Part shown: positions 14,321-28,552 of the stretch, one piece after another | Numbering within the stretch: the first letter of the stretch is position 1 | How the letters are laid out: the number at the start of each line of letters is the position of its first letter | Source of the DNA: the human T2T-CHM13v2.0 reference genome, Homo sapiens | DNA length: 64,000 nt | Reading direction: 5' to 3' (one strand) | Assembly (NCBI RefSeq): GCF_009914755.1 | Contig: NC_060935.1 | The notes under the pieces: generated by a model | Database searches by the model: none | The model's input: only the letters and a program-made list of their open reading frames with translations | Told to the model about the DNA's origin: nothing | Program-made: the position numbers and the translations under genes

Positions 14321-17202
14321 CCCATCTCTCATGAGTAAACCCCAGCACTGCCCTGCAGGGGTGAGGCTGTGCAGCCAGGTCCCTATTGCAAGCCCTCCCC
14401 CAACACACACATTCTGGCAGGTGGGTGGCACCTTGAATTTGAAAACTCTCCATCCTGCGATTCTGAACCAAGCTGTTCTTATTCACGGTAAACCAGTAAC
14501 AGCCAGGGGCTTCCTGCCTGGATTCAGATAAGTGGCTGGTACTGAGAGCCAGGGAGGCTGCAGAGCCACACCAGGAAGTATGGTGGCACGTCCCTGGCAC
14601 CAGTGCACTGCCCTGGGGAGCTGGCCTGCAGGTCAGTGTGCTGGGAGGACTGCGGCTACCAGGAAGACAGCACCATGCATGACCTCCCCCATGCCCAGCT
14701 TGCTGCCAGGGCCACCCTCACCAAAGGAGGCTTGCACTATCCAAGCCCAAACTCCCACTGTGGTGGCACCTGCCAGTGTGACTTGCACAGGCTCAAGCTC
14801 TGTCCAGCCTATGATTTCCCACCCTGCGGAAGCACATGAAGCTCAGGCTGGACCTGGCTTGCTCGTTCCTTGCAGAGCCCCTGTGAACCCAGCCTGAACC
14901 CCAGCTCCTTTCAGGAGGCCACAGTGTGCTCAATGCAGGGAAGGAGCCAAGTCCTCTCACTTCATCCTGACCTCACCACTGAGGTCGGGCTTCACTGTCA
15001 GTCAAGCCGGTAAGAGCATAGACTTTAGACCAATAGTACCTGGGTTAAAATCCAGATCTGACAGCTTATTTTTTATGTGACTTTAAAGACATTTCTTACC
15101 CTCTTTACTCAAAAAGAGAGTTAATAAGGGTGCCTGGAGCAAGTTGCTTAACTTTTCAGTGCCTTAGTTACCTCACTTATAAAGTGGGGATGATCATAAC
15201 ACTTTCATAGGGTAGTTGCAAGGATGAAACACACAAAGCAAATAGGACAGTGCCTGGCAAATAGAATGTGCCAGGCACCGTGCAGTTAGGTCTCACAACT
15301 GTCCTTTCTAGGTGAGATGCAGGGTGGGTAAGCCAGCTGGAGAACGCCACACCCTGGTCAAGTGCTAGCTTCTGCACTCGACCTCGCTGCAGTGTCTGCA
15401 CACACAGCTCTCAAGGAACACAAGGGCAGGATTCGGAAGTGGAAATGAAACCTGCAGACTGCTAACCCCTGGCTTAGCACTTGGTCCCCTCGGCATCTCC
15501 CTCTGGGGACTGAATCTCTTATGCATTCCTGACTGCCCCAGCACACTTGCCCACTTGTAGGCTGGTGAGAGGGGCGGCTGGAAGATGCACCATGTCAAGA
15601 AGTGGGTTGTGTTTGCAGGTTCCCCTGGGGAGGAGCAGAAGTCACACGTGAGCTGGGGCCGCCCAGTCCTTGTGTCCTGACTGTGGGCTAGTTGGTCACC
15701 ATCCCCCCATCCTGACCCTTGATAAAGAGCTGATTTTTCCATGAGGCGTTTGTCTCTCCTCTGTGCTAACGTGGAGGCCTGAACACCGCCGAGCTTATCT
15801 ATACAATGGATTTCCTGCAGGTGTTGGTTCTGCCCTGCTCCCCACTGGGTAATAATTTATGTCACCTGAGCACACAGATATGCTGACATCCATGATGCTG
15901 GTGGCCCTGGCAGACCCTGGCTCCCCAAGTCTGGGTGGAAATCTGCAAATGTGAACCCCCAACTGGTGTGAACTGAAACATCCCAGTTGTGAATGGAGAG
16001 CCAGAACTGGATGGGTGGAGAGGGTGTGGAGAGTTCATCAGCTGTCTATTGAGGCCTCCTAAGTAGCAGGCCTGGTACTGGGCTCTGAACACACAGAAAT
16101 ACAGAGGACAGGGGCAGCCTTAGAGGAACCCTTGGACTGGCTGTGGGTTAGACACAGACAATATGACCCGCAGAGCTGGTTCTGGGGAAGCAGAAAGGAC
16201 AGAGCTCATGGGAGCGCGGGGCAGGAGCTTAAAATCTCATTGAGTTTTAATGAAAAGCTTTCCTTCCTTGGACATAAGGCCTAGCTGGGTCTGAGGAAAG
16301 AGCTCCTTCGGGTCGAGTTATCACAACCCTTTGCATCTGTGGTCTGTTTGGACCACATCCAGCATCCAGAGCTTCTACAGTGGGCATGCTGGGGAAGTCC
16401 TCATCTCTCCCACTCCTCTGCCCGGGCACGTGGCTGCCATGGTATTTGGCCTCTTGCCAGAACACCGAGTTCCCATATTAATCACAGCAAGTGCGTTCAG
16501 AGAAGACCTGACTTGGCCCCTGCCAACAAGCCATCTCTCTGGCCTTGATAACATCTGTACCGAATTTTCTCCCTTTATATAATTAGGCCCGTTGGTATTT
16601 GCTTTGACTTTAGATTACGGTATGACTGGCATCTCTGAAATTTCAGGCCCGAAATATGTACTGGGGCCCAGGATGGTGGGAAAACCGAGCTTTCGCCAAT
16701 GGGATTTTAGGTTTAGCCAAGAGAATCAGAAACTGTACACCAGCTACTGTTTGCGTGCAAAATACATGGCAGCTCCCTGACTGGTGGGAAAGGGGTCTCC
16801 TGCCTTGTCCAGGGAGCAGTACTGGGTCGGGCCTGGTGGACGGAAGGATGCAGGGGGCTCCCCTCCTTCTTTCCTGCCTCTCTTCACCCCACATCCTTCT
16901 ACCCCTGCTCCAAAACAGGAAAAGATGTACTAACTGCAAAGAAATGCAGTGAATCCAGACTTAACCCCAAAGCAAACCTCACCAGTGTCGGGGCTTGGAG
17001 TCGTGCTTTGAAATGACTGTCATTGTCTGGCTATGTCCAAGCCAAGGAGCTGTTTGTGGAGTGAGATAAAGAGCAGTGCTGGGCTTGGGAAGCGGGGCTT
17101 GGTTCTTTCCCGGTGGCTCTATCCAGAGAGGAAGCACGTGGGCTTGCACACCCACTCACTCCCTGAAGTCTCCAGCTGGATCTCAGTGGTGACTTCATTT
17201 CC

Positions 17203-17212
17203 CCTAATTAGG
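17203..17212. promoter_or_regulatory. Perfect palindromic CArG box CCTAATTAGG (candidate SRF site)
   Basis: Matches CC(A/T)6GG in non-repeat sequence with nearby GATA, E-box and TEAD motifs; function not shown. Confidence 0.35.
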
Positions 17213-17802
17213 TGTCTACAAACTCTCTGGAAGGTTCCAACCAGTAAGCCACACTGATCGTGGTGTGGGAGCTCCTGATATGCTTGTTTGCACTGTCCCT
17301 TTGGGACCCTGCAGGCCCAGCTGAGTGATAACTGGATGATGGAACGTTTGCTAGAGGAAGGGGAATGTGTTTTTTTAAGATAAGGTTTGATCTCAAGCAG
17401 AAGGGCAGTTACCAGATGCCTCTGCAATGTCAAGCAGTGAGGAGTGGGTGCGCATTCCCTTGCCTGTCGCCTTGCTGGGGGTAGTCAGATCCCCCAGGCA
17501 AACTCCTGCCTTAGGAAAGAGTTTCCTCTCATTCTTTCAGCCAGAGTATTGCCATTTTGCTCTGGTTTTAGACAGTATCGATGTTCCTCGTAAGATTTTC
17601 TGTGGATGAAAAGGCTTTTGCCGAATGTAGCTATCCTAGGTCATTGTGGGGAAGTATCCTTGTCTTTTTCAGCATGCAGTGTCCATTGAGGACCGAGCGT
17701 GGGACTTGTACAGAATCCTGTTTTGTCACTTCTGCCCACATGTCCCAAATGCCAACAGGACCAAGACCATAAAATATGCCTTTGGCACTTAAGACTTTCA
17801 CT

Positions 17803-18129
<327 letters not shown>

Positions 18130-18279
18130 TCATCTCTTTTCTCTCCTTCCCGTCTCTTCTCCCAAAGTATCCTTCTCTCCATCCACCTTGAGCTTCTTTC
18201 TCTTTCTCTTTGAAAGGGCAGTTACCTCTGCTGAAATGTTCTTTTTTCTTTTTTATTCCTGGCAAACCAGAAGCAGTCC

Positions 18280-18512
18280 AGCATGGTGGGCTCTGGAATA
18301 AGACTACCTGGGTTTGAATCCCAGCTCTCCCCCTTTCAATCTGTAAAAGCATGAGCCAATTAAGCAGCTGCTTTGTGCCTCAATTTCCCCATCTGTGAAA
18401 GGGGCACCATAATAGTTCCTTAGATTTGTTGTGAGGATTAAGAGCTAAAACACAGAAAGCACTTGAAACCGTTCAACCCACAGTAAGTGTTCAACAAATG
18501 TAGGCTAAAATA
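18280..18512 (+). mobile_element. MIR SINE
   Basis: cctgggtttgaatcccagctct...gtgcctcaatttccccatctgtgaaaggg...gttgtgaggattaa. Confidence 0.75.
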
Positions 18513-18749
18513 ATAATTTTAAAGACTCTCCTCTGTGAAAATCTTTTCCAACCTACCAGGCAGGATTAGCTTTTCCGTCTGGGCTCCAGAAAAAGACCAG
18601 CCACAAGAGGTTCTAGTTATTTATTTTATAAGTTAGGTATTTTACCCCTAGCCTGAGAATTCCTAGAAGACAGGGCCTAGGTCTAGGCAATAAGAATGAC
18701 ATTTACACCAGTAGGTGCCAAGCTCTGTACCATGTTTTTTTCTCATGCG

Positions 18750-19835
18750 CTTTTTAAAATTATGACACAATTCACATTTACCCTCTTATAGTACACAATT
18801 CAGTGGTTTTAGTATATTTACAAAGTTATGCAACATCACCATTATCTAATTCCAGAACTTCCCAAAAATATAACCTGTATCCATTAGCGGTCATTCCCCA
18901 ATTCTCCCTCCCCCATTTCCTGGCAATCACTAATCCACTTTTGTCTCATGGATTTGCCTATTCTGGACATTTCATATAAACGAAATACAATATGTGTCCT
19001 TTTGTATCTAGTTTCTTTCACTTAGCACAGTGTTTTTAAGGTTCATTCATGTATTAGAATTTCTTTCCTTTTCATGGCTGAATAATATTCCATTGTGCGG
19101 ATATACCACATTTGGTTTCTTCATCAGTGGTGGCCATTTAGGTTGCTTTTACTTTGGGGCTATTGTGAATGACGCCGCCATGAACATTCACGTACAGGAT
19201 TTTGTGTGAACATGTTTTCATTTCTCTTGGATATATATATCTAGGAGTGGAATTGCTAGCTCCTGTGGTTTAAACCTCTATGTTTAACTTTTGGAGGAAT
19301 GGCCACACTGTTTTCATGTATCTGCACCAATTTATTTTCCCACCAGCAATGTATGAGGGTTTCAATTTTTCCATATCCTCACCACACTTGCTGTTCTCTT
19401 TTTTATCACAGCCGTCCCAGTGGGTGTGAAGTGATTTCTCCCTGTGGCTTTAATTTGTGTTTCCCTGAAGGCAAATGGGGTTGAGCATCTTTTCATGTAC
19501 TTAGTGACCATTTGTATATCTTCTCTGAAGAAAGGTCTACTAAAATCCCTTTGCCCAGTCTTTAGTGGGGCTATTTGTATTTTTATTATTGAGTTGTGAA
19601 CATCCTTTATATGTTTTGGATACAGGTCCCATATCAGATATATGATGTGCAACTATTTTCTCCCTTCTGTGTGGTTGTCTTTTCACTTTCTTCATGGTGG
19701 TCTTGGAAGCACCAAGTTTTAATTTTGAAGTCTCATTTATTAATTTTTTCTTTAGTTGTTTGTGCTTTTCCTGTTATATCTAAGACACTATTACCTAATT
19801 CAAGACCACAAAGATGTACCATATGCTTTTTAAAA
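18750..19835 (-). mobile_element. L1M (L1MB-like) 3' end with ORF2 C-terminal remnant
   Basis: Minus-strand ORF 19362-19652 (EDIQMVTKYMKRCSTPFAFRETQIKAT...HFTPT) is degenerate L1 ORF2; flanked by L1 3'UTR-like sequence. Confidence 0.9.
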
Positions 19836-20214
19836 GTGATCTTATTTACAATAACCTTATGAGGAGAGTAGTAGACCCACACAGATAAGGAAACTAAGTG
19901 GTCAAATGCTGGAGCTGGGACTTCAACCCAGTTCACTTTGACTCTGAAGTTCATGTGCATCTTACTGTGCCTCCTCGCCAAGTCCCTTTACCTCTGCACT
20001 CCTCACAGGGCTTGGTGCAGTGGCTGGTGCGTGGTAGGCCCACAGGTAAGGTACATTGGGTGGATGAATGACAGGCCCTAACAGGTACACAGCTTGCACT
20101 TGCTGGTTGGTTCAGGAAGAGTGGGATTTGCGCTTCAGTTTTCCTGCTGACTGGGGGTTCGTGTCTGTGATGCTAGAGGTTACCAAGAGTCTCTCTCCTC
20201 TCTCACCTCTGCAG

Positions 20215-20422
20215 TGTCTCATAGTTGGGGGAGGACCCTGTGGCTTGCGCACTGCCATTGAACTTGCCTACCTGGGAGCCAAAGTGGTCGTGGTGGAGAA
20301 GAGGGACTCCTTCTCCCGGAACAACGTGCTACACCTCTGGCCTTTCACCATCCATGACCTTCGTGGCCTGGGAGCCAAGAAGTTCTATGGGAAGTTCTGT
20401 GCTGGCTCCATCGACCATATCA
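20215..20422 (+). CDS. MICAL2: MICAL2 exon w1 (208 nt): monooxygenase, FAD-binding GxGxxG
   Basis: ctctgcag|TGTCTC...ATCA|gtgagt; [42 protein letters not shown]...GSIDHI. Confidence 0.97.
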
Positions 20423-21281
20423 GTGAGTGGAGTCTATGGTGATATCCCATGAAGGGAGGGGACTGACCCTGGGTGGGACATATCTCTCCAGGTCTAGGAG
20501 TCCCCAGCTTGTTCCATCTTAGTCCCTGGGGGCACCATATATCAGACTAACAGACAACTAGTAAAAGGCCTGCTTTGTGCCTTGTTCTGGGCCCTGGGTT
20601 ATCCCCCAGTGGACTGTAAGCACCATGAGGTCAGGGATTGCAGCATGCCTTAATCACCAGACTATCTCCAGGACATGAAAGAGTGCTTGACTCATAGCAG
20701 ATGCTTGATAAACATCTGTTGGATGATTGAGTGAAACAGAGAAACAGAGGCAGAGGTAAATAGCATAGCCTGCACCCTGATGGAGCGCATTAAGATTTTG
20801 TTGGTGGTAATGTGTTCAACAGGGTTAGTCACACTTGCTAAAGGAATTTGGAGGAAGGGGCCACACAAAACCATTAATGGGCCAGATAGTCAAGACCTTC
20901 CATACAAAGGAGTTTGGACATTGTGCATCGTGCTGGTGTTGCTGGGGAGCCATGGCAGGTTTTAGAGCAGAGGAAAGAAATAATTGGATCCTTGTTTCCT
21001 GATGGATCCCATACCAAAGTTTTAAAAATATGAGCTTTAAAAAGAGAGAGAACATCATGATGGGACTTCAACCAGAATAGGAAGGAAAATAGAGAATGTG
21101 GACTTCAGGTCCTGGGCATCCCTGAATGCTTATATAGGGAGAGACGAGTGCTGAGGCCCTTCTGCTCTGATGTTCCTCAAGCCTGGAGCTCTCTGGGCTA
21201 GGTCTGTGCAGACGGGTTTTGGGAAAGGCAGCCTTCCTTCCTGCAGCTTTGCAGTGGGGAGGTCTTTAGCTGTTTTATATG

Positions 21282-21501
21282 CAGTTGACGCTTGAACAAC
21301 ACAGGTTTGAACTGCAAGGGTCCACTTATACATGGTTTTTTTCAACCAAACACCTGCAGGATGTAAAACCCACCTATATAGAAAGCTGACTTTTTGTATA
21401 CTTGAATTCCACAGGGCCAACTTCAGGACTTAAGTATGCATGGATTTTGGCATACTCAGGGGTTCTGGAACCAATCTCCAGCATATACTCAGGGATGATT
21501 G
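21282..21501. mobile_element. MER8-like TcMar-Tigger MITE
   Basis: cagttgacgcttgaacaacacaggtttgaactgc...tggaaccaatctcc...agggatgattg followed by TA. Confidence 0.8.
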
Positions 21502-23987
21502 TATAGCAATAGTGACTCATGAAAGGGAGGTTAACACTATGGGGAAAGCTCAAGAGTTTGAACAGATTTGGGTCCAAAATATGTCTCTTCCATTTCTATC
21601 TGGCTTGGGGCAAATCCCTTACCCTCTTCAAGCCTCAGTTTTATCTCCTGTAAAGTGTGATTAATTTCTGTCTCCTAGAATTGCTGAGAAGATTAAATGA
21701 GGTCAAGTTTGTAATGTGCTTTGCACTATGCCTAGCACATAGTAAGTGCCCAGGAAAACACATTGCATCCCATGCTGTACAGTGAGCAAGAAGCAGCCAT
21801 CGTCCCCAGACTTCAGAATCCAGAGCTGCTTTCTCTGTAGGGGTAGGTGGGAGGAGGGCCCTGAGAGCCATGTTCTTATGAGGACAAGAATTGATGGGAA
21901 AAAGGAATGAGGCTTGGGCGGGAACAACTGGAGAGAATTATCAGTCACATAGGGTATAATTTATTCAGACACAGGAGAATTTACCAGCTGTGCCCCCAGA
22001 GTTTATTCACACTTTGAGATGAGAAAATTCCAGGAGTCCAGTGGAAATTTGGATTTACTCAGAAAGCTGCAGTGTCAGCTTTCAAGATGTGCTCTCCCGC
22101 CTATGGAAGAATGTATGTCGGTTACCAATTTAGAACCACTGTATTGAGCACCACTTTCTCATCAAGTTCTCTTGGGGGGCAGAACTGGGTACCAGGATGC
22201 CTTGTGGGGCCCTGGGCTGGTTGGGCTGGCTTCCTGGCCAGGAGCCCTTCTCTGCCCTCATTGATGGGGCTTTCATTGAACCCCTAGTCCTTGGAAATCC
22301 TGCAGCGTGCCGTAATGCCGGTGGGACTCTAGAAATAACATTGAGACAGGCAGAATGATCATTGTCAAGGGTAGCTCCAGTACTTGTGAGAAAGGAGGCA
22401 AGGAGAATTTATTGAGCACCTACTGTGTGCTGGAACCGTACTGAGTAGGAACCTCAGGACTATAAGGAAAGGCCAGGTCTCCCCTGGCAGGGTGGTTCAT
22501 GGCAGGAGGTGGATTGGGCTCTTTAAGCTGATTGGCTTTGGATCACCCCAGCCACATCTCTAGCCTCAGCTGCACCATCATACTCAGCACTGCTCAGCAG
22601 TTCTCCATGTCTGTGTTAACTTCCTCCTCCAGTTCCCACTATGGCCATTCCAAACCTCCAGCACGGTGACCTCATTCCTAGCAGATGGCCTCCCTCCTGT
22701 GTTCCTGTTCTAGGCCCGCTTTTCTCCCCTGCTGCCCCAGCACCCATTCCTTCCTCGTGTCTCATGCCAGATCACAGCTTATGCCTCCTTTCCAATTCCA
22801 ATCCCTCTGGCTTCCTTCCTTCCTTTCTACCTGCCCCATCACTGAGTCTTCCTGCTCCTCCCCTCATGCCAGCCCTCCAGCCCTGTTGCTGCCCTGCCAC
22901 TTTTCCTTGCCATAAGGTATTTATTCTAGAAAGAAGGGCGTAGACTTGGTCCATGCTTTCCATTCAAACCTTCTAACGTCGCAGTCTGCTGTCTTCCCCA
23001 CCTGTGTGCTAAAGAGATTTTCAGCAGTGTCTCCAAAAGCTCCCAAACCCCCAAGTTTATTGGGCTCTTGTCACCTTCACAGCCCTTCCTCTCTCTGTGG
23101 GATTTGATATTCTTGGTCCCTCCTCTCTTGGCTTCCAGGACCCCCACTAAGGCCCTGTTCTACCACCATCACCCTCCCCCAACCACCATGTCTTGCCCCA
23201 TTCTATTTACCTCTGTTCCCTCCATTAGAGGGTGTGTTCTGTATCTCCTGTGCCTAGCATGGCACCTGACATAGTATAGATGCTCAATAAATACTAAGTA
23301 AGTCAAACCCACCAAATACAGAAGGGCCCACAGAAAGTTTAAAACTTCTCACTCTACAGAAAAGTATTTGGAGGCATACGCATTTGTGCTGAATGGCAGG
23401 AGACAAAACAGAAATGAGATTCCACTCACTAGGGGAGTTTTGAAGTGTGGGTAAGAGATGGGGAACCATGACCCAGCTTTGTGGGGAAAATTTCCTACCC
23501 ACTCCTCACCACTGGATGTCTAAGAGCTGAGGCGTAGGCCCCATGTAATGAGTCACTGATCACGGTCTTCACTGAGGCCCTTTACTCTTCATTTCATCAA
23601 ACCCAGAGCCCAGCTGGGGAAGGAGGCTGGAAAGACAGAGCTTCTCTTGTTACAGCATCATCTAGCAGCTAGAACAGGGTCTAGAAATCAGACAGATGTG
23701 GGTCCATGTTCTAGCTTTGCTCTGTGTCGCCTTGAGCAAGTCATTTAACTTTGTTAAGCCTCAATTTCTCATCTACAGAATGAGAATAATAACGATTCCA
23801 AAGGGCCACTGTAAGAGTTAGATGAGAAAACACAGAGCTCTTGGTGCATAATCCCGCTCAGTAATGATCATTGTTGGTATACTGCTGTGCTCAAAGGTCA
23901 CTGAGCGGCAGTGATTATGTAGCATTCTGCATATAGGTGGTGTTCAGGTATTGCTGTGACAGTTCCTCTCTCCTTCCTGCCTGACAG

Positions 23988-24104
23988 GTATTCGCCAACT
24001 ACAGCTCATCCTATTCAAGGTGGCCCTGATGCTGGGAGTTGAAATCCATGTGAATGTGGAGTTCGTGAAGGTTCTAGAGCCTCCTGAAGATCAAGAAAAT
24101 CAAA
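23988..24104 (+). CDS. MICAL2: MICAL2 exon w2 (117 nt)
   Basis: ctgacag|GTATTCGC...CAAA|gtacag; (S)[38 protein letters not shown]. Confidence 0.95.
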
Positions 24105-25461
24105 GTACAGTATAATTTTCTTTTTCTGCCTAGAAAGCAGATACTACAAAATAGAAATTCCACTTGCTGCTTCCAAAGGGTGTTTCTGTAGGAGTTATTC
24201 TTACTGGGAGCTGGTTGGCATAATGCCACTGAAGGGTATTTTACTGTTTTTTTTTTACCATTGCTATGACTTTAGGTTTGCTGTTTGGCTCCAAGGGGAT
24301 TTATGATTAAGCCATTAAACCTGTAATTTGGTTACCCTGTCCCAAGGGGTTGCTACTTTGGCAAAGGAAATCTAATCAATAAATAGGACAGAAGACATAG
24401 ATTTGGTTGTTTGGTAAGGTTCATTCACGTGTTCTTCAAGCTGTGTGTGTGTTTAACACATAGATGTGGTTGTACTTGTACCCATGGCACATTTTAAAAT
24501 CCAGTAAAGTGAAGCTTCTAGAGCAACTGTGAAATAAGGTTCAAGATGTTATTTGGTATATAATACTCTTAACCATGTTGAGGTATCATTTATAAACTAT
24601 GATATTTGCCCGTATAGGCATATCATAATGTTTCTCTTTTTTCCTTTTAGCATGTTTGTTTAAATTCTTATCCCTTACACACACCATGGTCAGAGAGTTT
24701 ATTCAGGATGCCTCTGCATCTTACTTATTATTAAAAGTATCTACCGCCTGGGAAGGGCTTTGAGTTTGGGACCAGCTTAGTGTCAGAGACCTTGTGGTTT
24801 CCTGCTTAGGGTACATTTCTGATTTCTCCTGTCCTCTGCCCAGATTATTTGAGAATTTAGGGGAGGCTTTAGTTAGCTTTTGGAGCAGGACAGCATTCAC
24901 TATTTGGCATTCAGAGACTGTGTACTCTTAACCTTTTCCAGACCTCTAGTGGACATTAAATCTTAATTAGCCAGGCTTCACCTGATTTTTTTTTTTAAAT
25001 AAAAGACAGTGTAGTGTACAACAGAACATTTTGAGCATACAATAGAAATTAAAAGTGGTTTCCTTACACCCTACATATCCTTTTGGGTCTGTTTAGCAAT
25101 GAGAGGCACTGAAGAATGTGGGAGAATGTGAAGAGAAGATGGTGGACTTTGTTGAGAATGATAAGATGCAAATGAGAGTAGTTTATGGAGCATTGAGGAT
25201 AGACTCCTAGCGGAGGCCAACAAAACCAGGCATGGAGTTGGTGTTGCTGGTTTACTTCATCCTGGATTGAACTGACACTCAGGTCAGAGGACACCAGATT
25301 AGAGAGTGAATCTGGACTGCTCTAGCCTTTCCCCTGGAGGCTCTCTCTGTGATACACAGACCTGGCTGCACTGTCCATTTCTCATAGCCACCACACGGGG
25401 GGTATAATCATTCTCTTCCCACCTCTCTCTGCCAACTCATCTCATTTCTCTGTCCTGGTAG

Positions 25462-25563
25462 AAATTGGCTGGCGGGCAGAATTTCTCCCTACAGACCATT
25501 CTCTGTCGGAGTTTGAGTTTGACGTCATCATTGGTGCCGATGGCCGCAGGAACACCCTGGAAG
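25462..25563 (+). CDS. MICAL2: MICAL2 exon w3 (102 nt): DG motif
   Basis: ggtag|AAATTGGC...GAAG|gtgaag; (K)[33 protein letters not shown]. Confidence 0.96.
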
Positions 25564-26759
25564 GTGAAGACTCTTCTTCTTGGTGTGGGAATGGGGGGAT
25601 GGGAATGGGAGAGGGTACATTGGGGAAGAGTTGGAGAAAGTGGGCAAGATGCAGATGCCAGAGCTGGATGGAGGTTTTGATAGGAGGGCAGACCATCCTG
25701 TCCCTCTTGAGGTAGAACAGCCCATCCACCTGTGGGGTGGGCAGTTCAGGGGACAGCCATCTCATTCCGTCTGAACCTCAGTTTTCTCAGCTGTAAGATG
25801 TGGATCACAGAACCCTTTCAAAGTGTTGTTATGCGGGCTGGGAAAGGACTGGTATGTGAAAATGCTTTATAAAGATAAAGTGTCATGGGGGAAAAATGAA
25901 CATCCATTATTGAGCACCTCCTGGTGTGTGAGCCATGGTGCCGAGCACTTTCATACTTACTTCAGCTAAGATAAACATTTTTATAATACTATTAATGGTA
26001 TTCGCTTACTTTCAAGTGTAATATTATTTATACTTGAAGGAGGAACTCACCTCTTTTTGTAACTTTTAAGCACTGCTGGGCAGGCAGGTATGTCTTGCCA
26101 AACTGTCAAGGTACAAAGGCCACACTTCTCTGAGTTCTAAAGCTGAAGCATAGTATCTTTCGTGGGGTAAGATCCTGTCAGTTTGTGAGAGAAACCCCAT
26201 TGCCAGAAAATGCTTCCGTCCCCTCCACCTCAACACCAAGACTGATCCATCCACAGGCTGTACTCATTGATATTAACCATGCTAAATTGAGACCATGGGT
26301 TATAAACAACATGGCCCCAAATAGGGCAGTTCTGCTTTTTGAGCCTGCCCCCTCAAGAGCCACAGGCTGCAGATGCCTGACTGAGAGGATACGTCACTCT
26401 GAGGATGGGACATGCTCCCTGGAACAGGGCTAATCTTAGAAAACTCAGGATCTGTGGGCCGCCTGGCTCAGGACCTTCCCATCTGCCACATAACTGGGGC
26501 TGTTTGCCACTCCCTTTTCCCTTTCCATACCCATCTCGCCAACCATAGGTCATCAATATCTGACAGGGAATGTTTAAGCTGCCAACTTGGATGTAGTACT
26601 GTTGGAATTTTACACTTGGTAAAAGTGTAAGTTAGAATATTTGAGAATCCAGGACCCATTTTCAGCTTGAGTATAGTTGGGCATTTCTTGAACATGGAAA
26701 GAAGGGTGGAGAGTGATGGAGCCATTTGAGCCACTCAAGGCCAAATGGGTAAACTAGAG

Positions 26760-26971
26760 CAGGGCTTCTTAGTATAAACACTGCAGACGTTTGGGGCCAC
26801 ACCATTCTTTGTCACAGAGACTGCCCTGTGCATTGTAGGGTGTTCAGCAGCATCCCTGGCCTCTGGCCCCCCAGACACTGGCAGCACCCCCAGGTGCGAC
26901 AACCAAATATGTCTCCACACATCACCAAGTGGCCCCTGGGAACAAAATCACCTCCAGCTAAGAAATGCTAG
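26760..26971 (-). mobile_element. MER20 hAT MITE (opposite orientation to the 4322 copy)
   Basis: ctgtgcattgtagggtgttcagcagcatccctggcctct...gacaaccaaatatgtctcca. Confidence 0.85.
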
Positions 26972-27028
26972 ATGAGAATAATGGCCATTTCTGACCCTTT
27001 TGACAAAGGTCTAATGAAGGACAACTTA

Positions 27029-27485
<457 letters not shown>

Positions 27486-27632
27486 TTATGTCTGGAGGTC
27501 TGCACCTGTGTGACAGGCACCTGGCCTTACACAAAGTACACAGCATGCCTGGGGGCAGGGGCACTCAGGAAAGGTCAGATGACAGCAAGATGGGGGACTA
27601 GGAGGGAGACACACTGTTGAAAAGTGGCCATC

Positions 27633-28157
27633 TGTTGTGTGGAACCCCTATTAACCTCAATAGGGAAAGTACCAAGTTCAAGAGGCCAAAGAAGAGCCCA
27701 AGAGCCAGCAAAATAGACATGGGGTTTTATTAGGGATTCACAGGGGAGAGAGTCCAGTGGCAGTGGGTTGGACAGGAGACCCGGCTTCCCTGCAGAAACG
27801 GTCCAATGGCGGCGGGCTGGACGGCACAACAGCCCAGTGGTGGCAACCTGGGCAGGAAAACCGCAACTGCTTGCAAACAGCATGCAGTTTATTCAGCATT
27901 TTCACTTAACACCCTCCTCTTAACCTCCACCTGGCAACCTTCATCCAACCCAGAACTCAGGGCCTGGATCCCCCTGCATGGTCCATGTTCCACGGGATGG
28001 GCCAGGAGCTCAAATGTCCCTCATAGACAAAGAAGAAGTCTCGGGGTTGGCCACTCCTGGATTCCCCAGCTCAGAACACACATTCAGGTGCATCAGCCAT
28101 ACAGGGTCTTTCTAAAGGTGCGCTTCAGTTATTGCTGTCAGGTGCGTTTACCCTGCA
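27633..28157 (-). mobile_element. Solo ERV LTR (ERVL class, LTR47-like; family tentative)
   Basis: TG...CA termini, 5-bp flanks ccatc/ccagc (1 mismatch), minus-strand AATAAA near 27726, about 525 bp. Confidence 0.75.
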
Positions 28158-28235
28158 CCAGCTGCTGTGATCCTCCATAGCACTGCCATTCAAGAGCAAT
28201 TTTAATGTAAATCATTGAAAACAAGAATTAGAGCA

Positions 28236-28468
28236 CTAAGCCTGGGCAACATGATGAAACTGTGTCTCCACAAACACTTAAAAAAAAATAAATAAGGCAG
28301 TCATGGTGACACATGCATATTGTCCCAGCTACTTGCTGGCTGAGGTGGGAGGATCGCTTGACCCTGGGAGGTCGAGGCTGCAGTGAGCCATGATTGGCAC
28401 CGCTGCTTTCCAGCCTGGGCAACAGAGCGAGACCCTGTCTGAAAAACAAAACAAAACAAAACAAAAAA
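28236..28468 (+). mobile_element. Alu (AluJ-like), 5'-truncated
   Basis: agcctgggcaacat...gaggtcgaggctgcagtgagccatgatt...(AAAAC)n tail. Confidence 0.9.
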
Positions 28469-28552
28469 CGAATGAGAGCTAGAATTCCATTTATTCATTT
28501 ATACATGCATTGTAGATGTATTAAATGCCAGTTACTGGGAACTGGTGTACTA

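Noticed and set aside
20871-20880. Perfect CArG CCATTAATGG, and CCATTTTAGG at 63521-63530
   Set aside because: A rough composition estimate gives about four CArG matches per 64 kb by chance, equal to the four I found; these two lack a supporting motif cluster and lie in or near degenerate repeat-like sequence.
23945-23992. Duplicated CAGGTATT motif 40 nt upstream of the w2 acceptor
   Set aside because: The upstream copy lacks a pyrimidine tract; an 8-mer match is compatible with chance.
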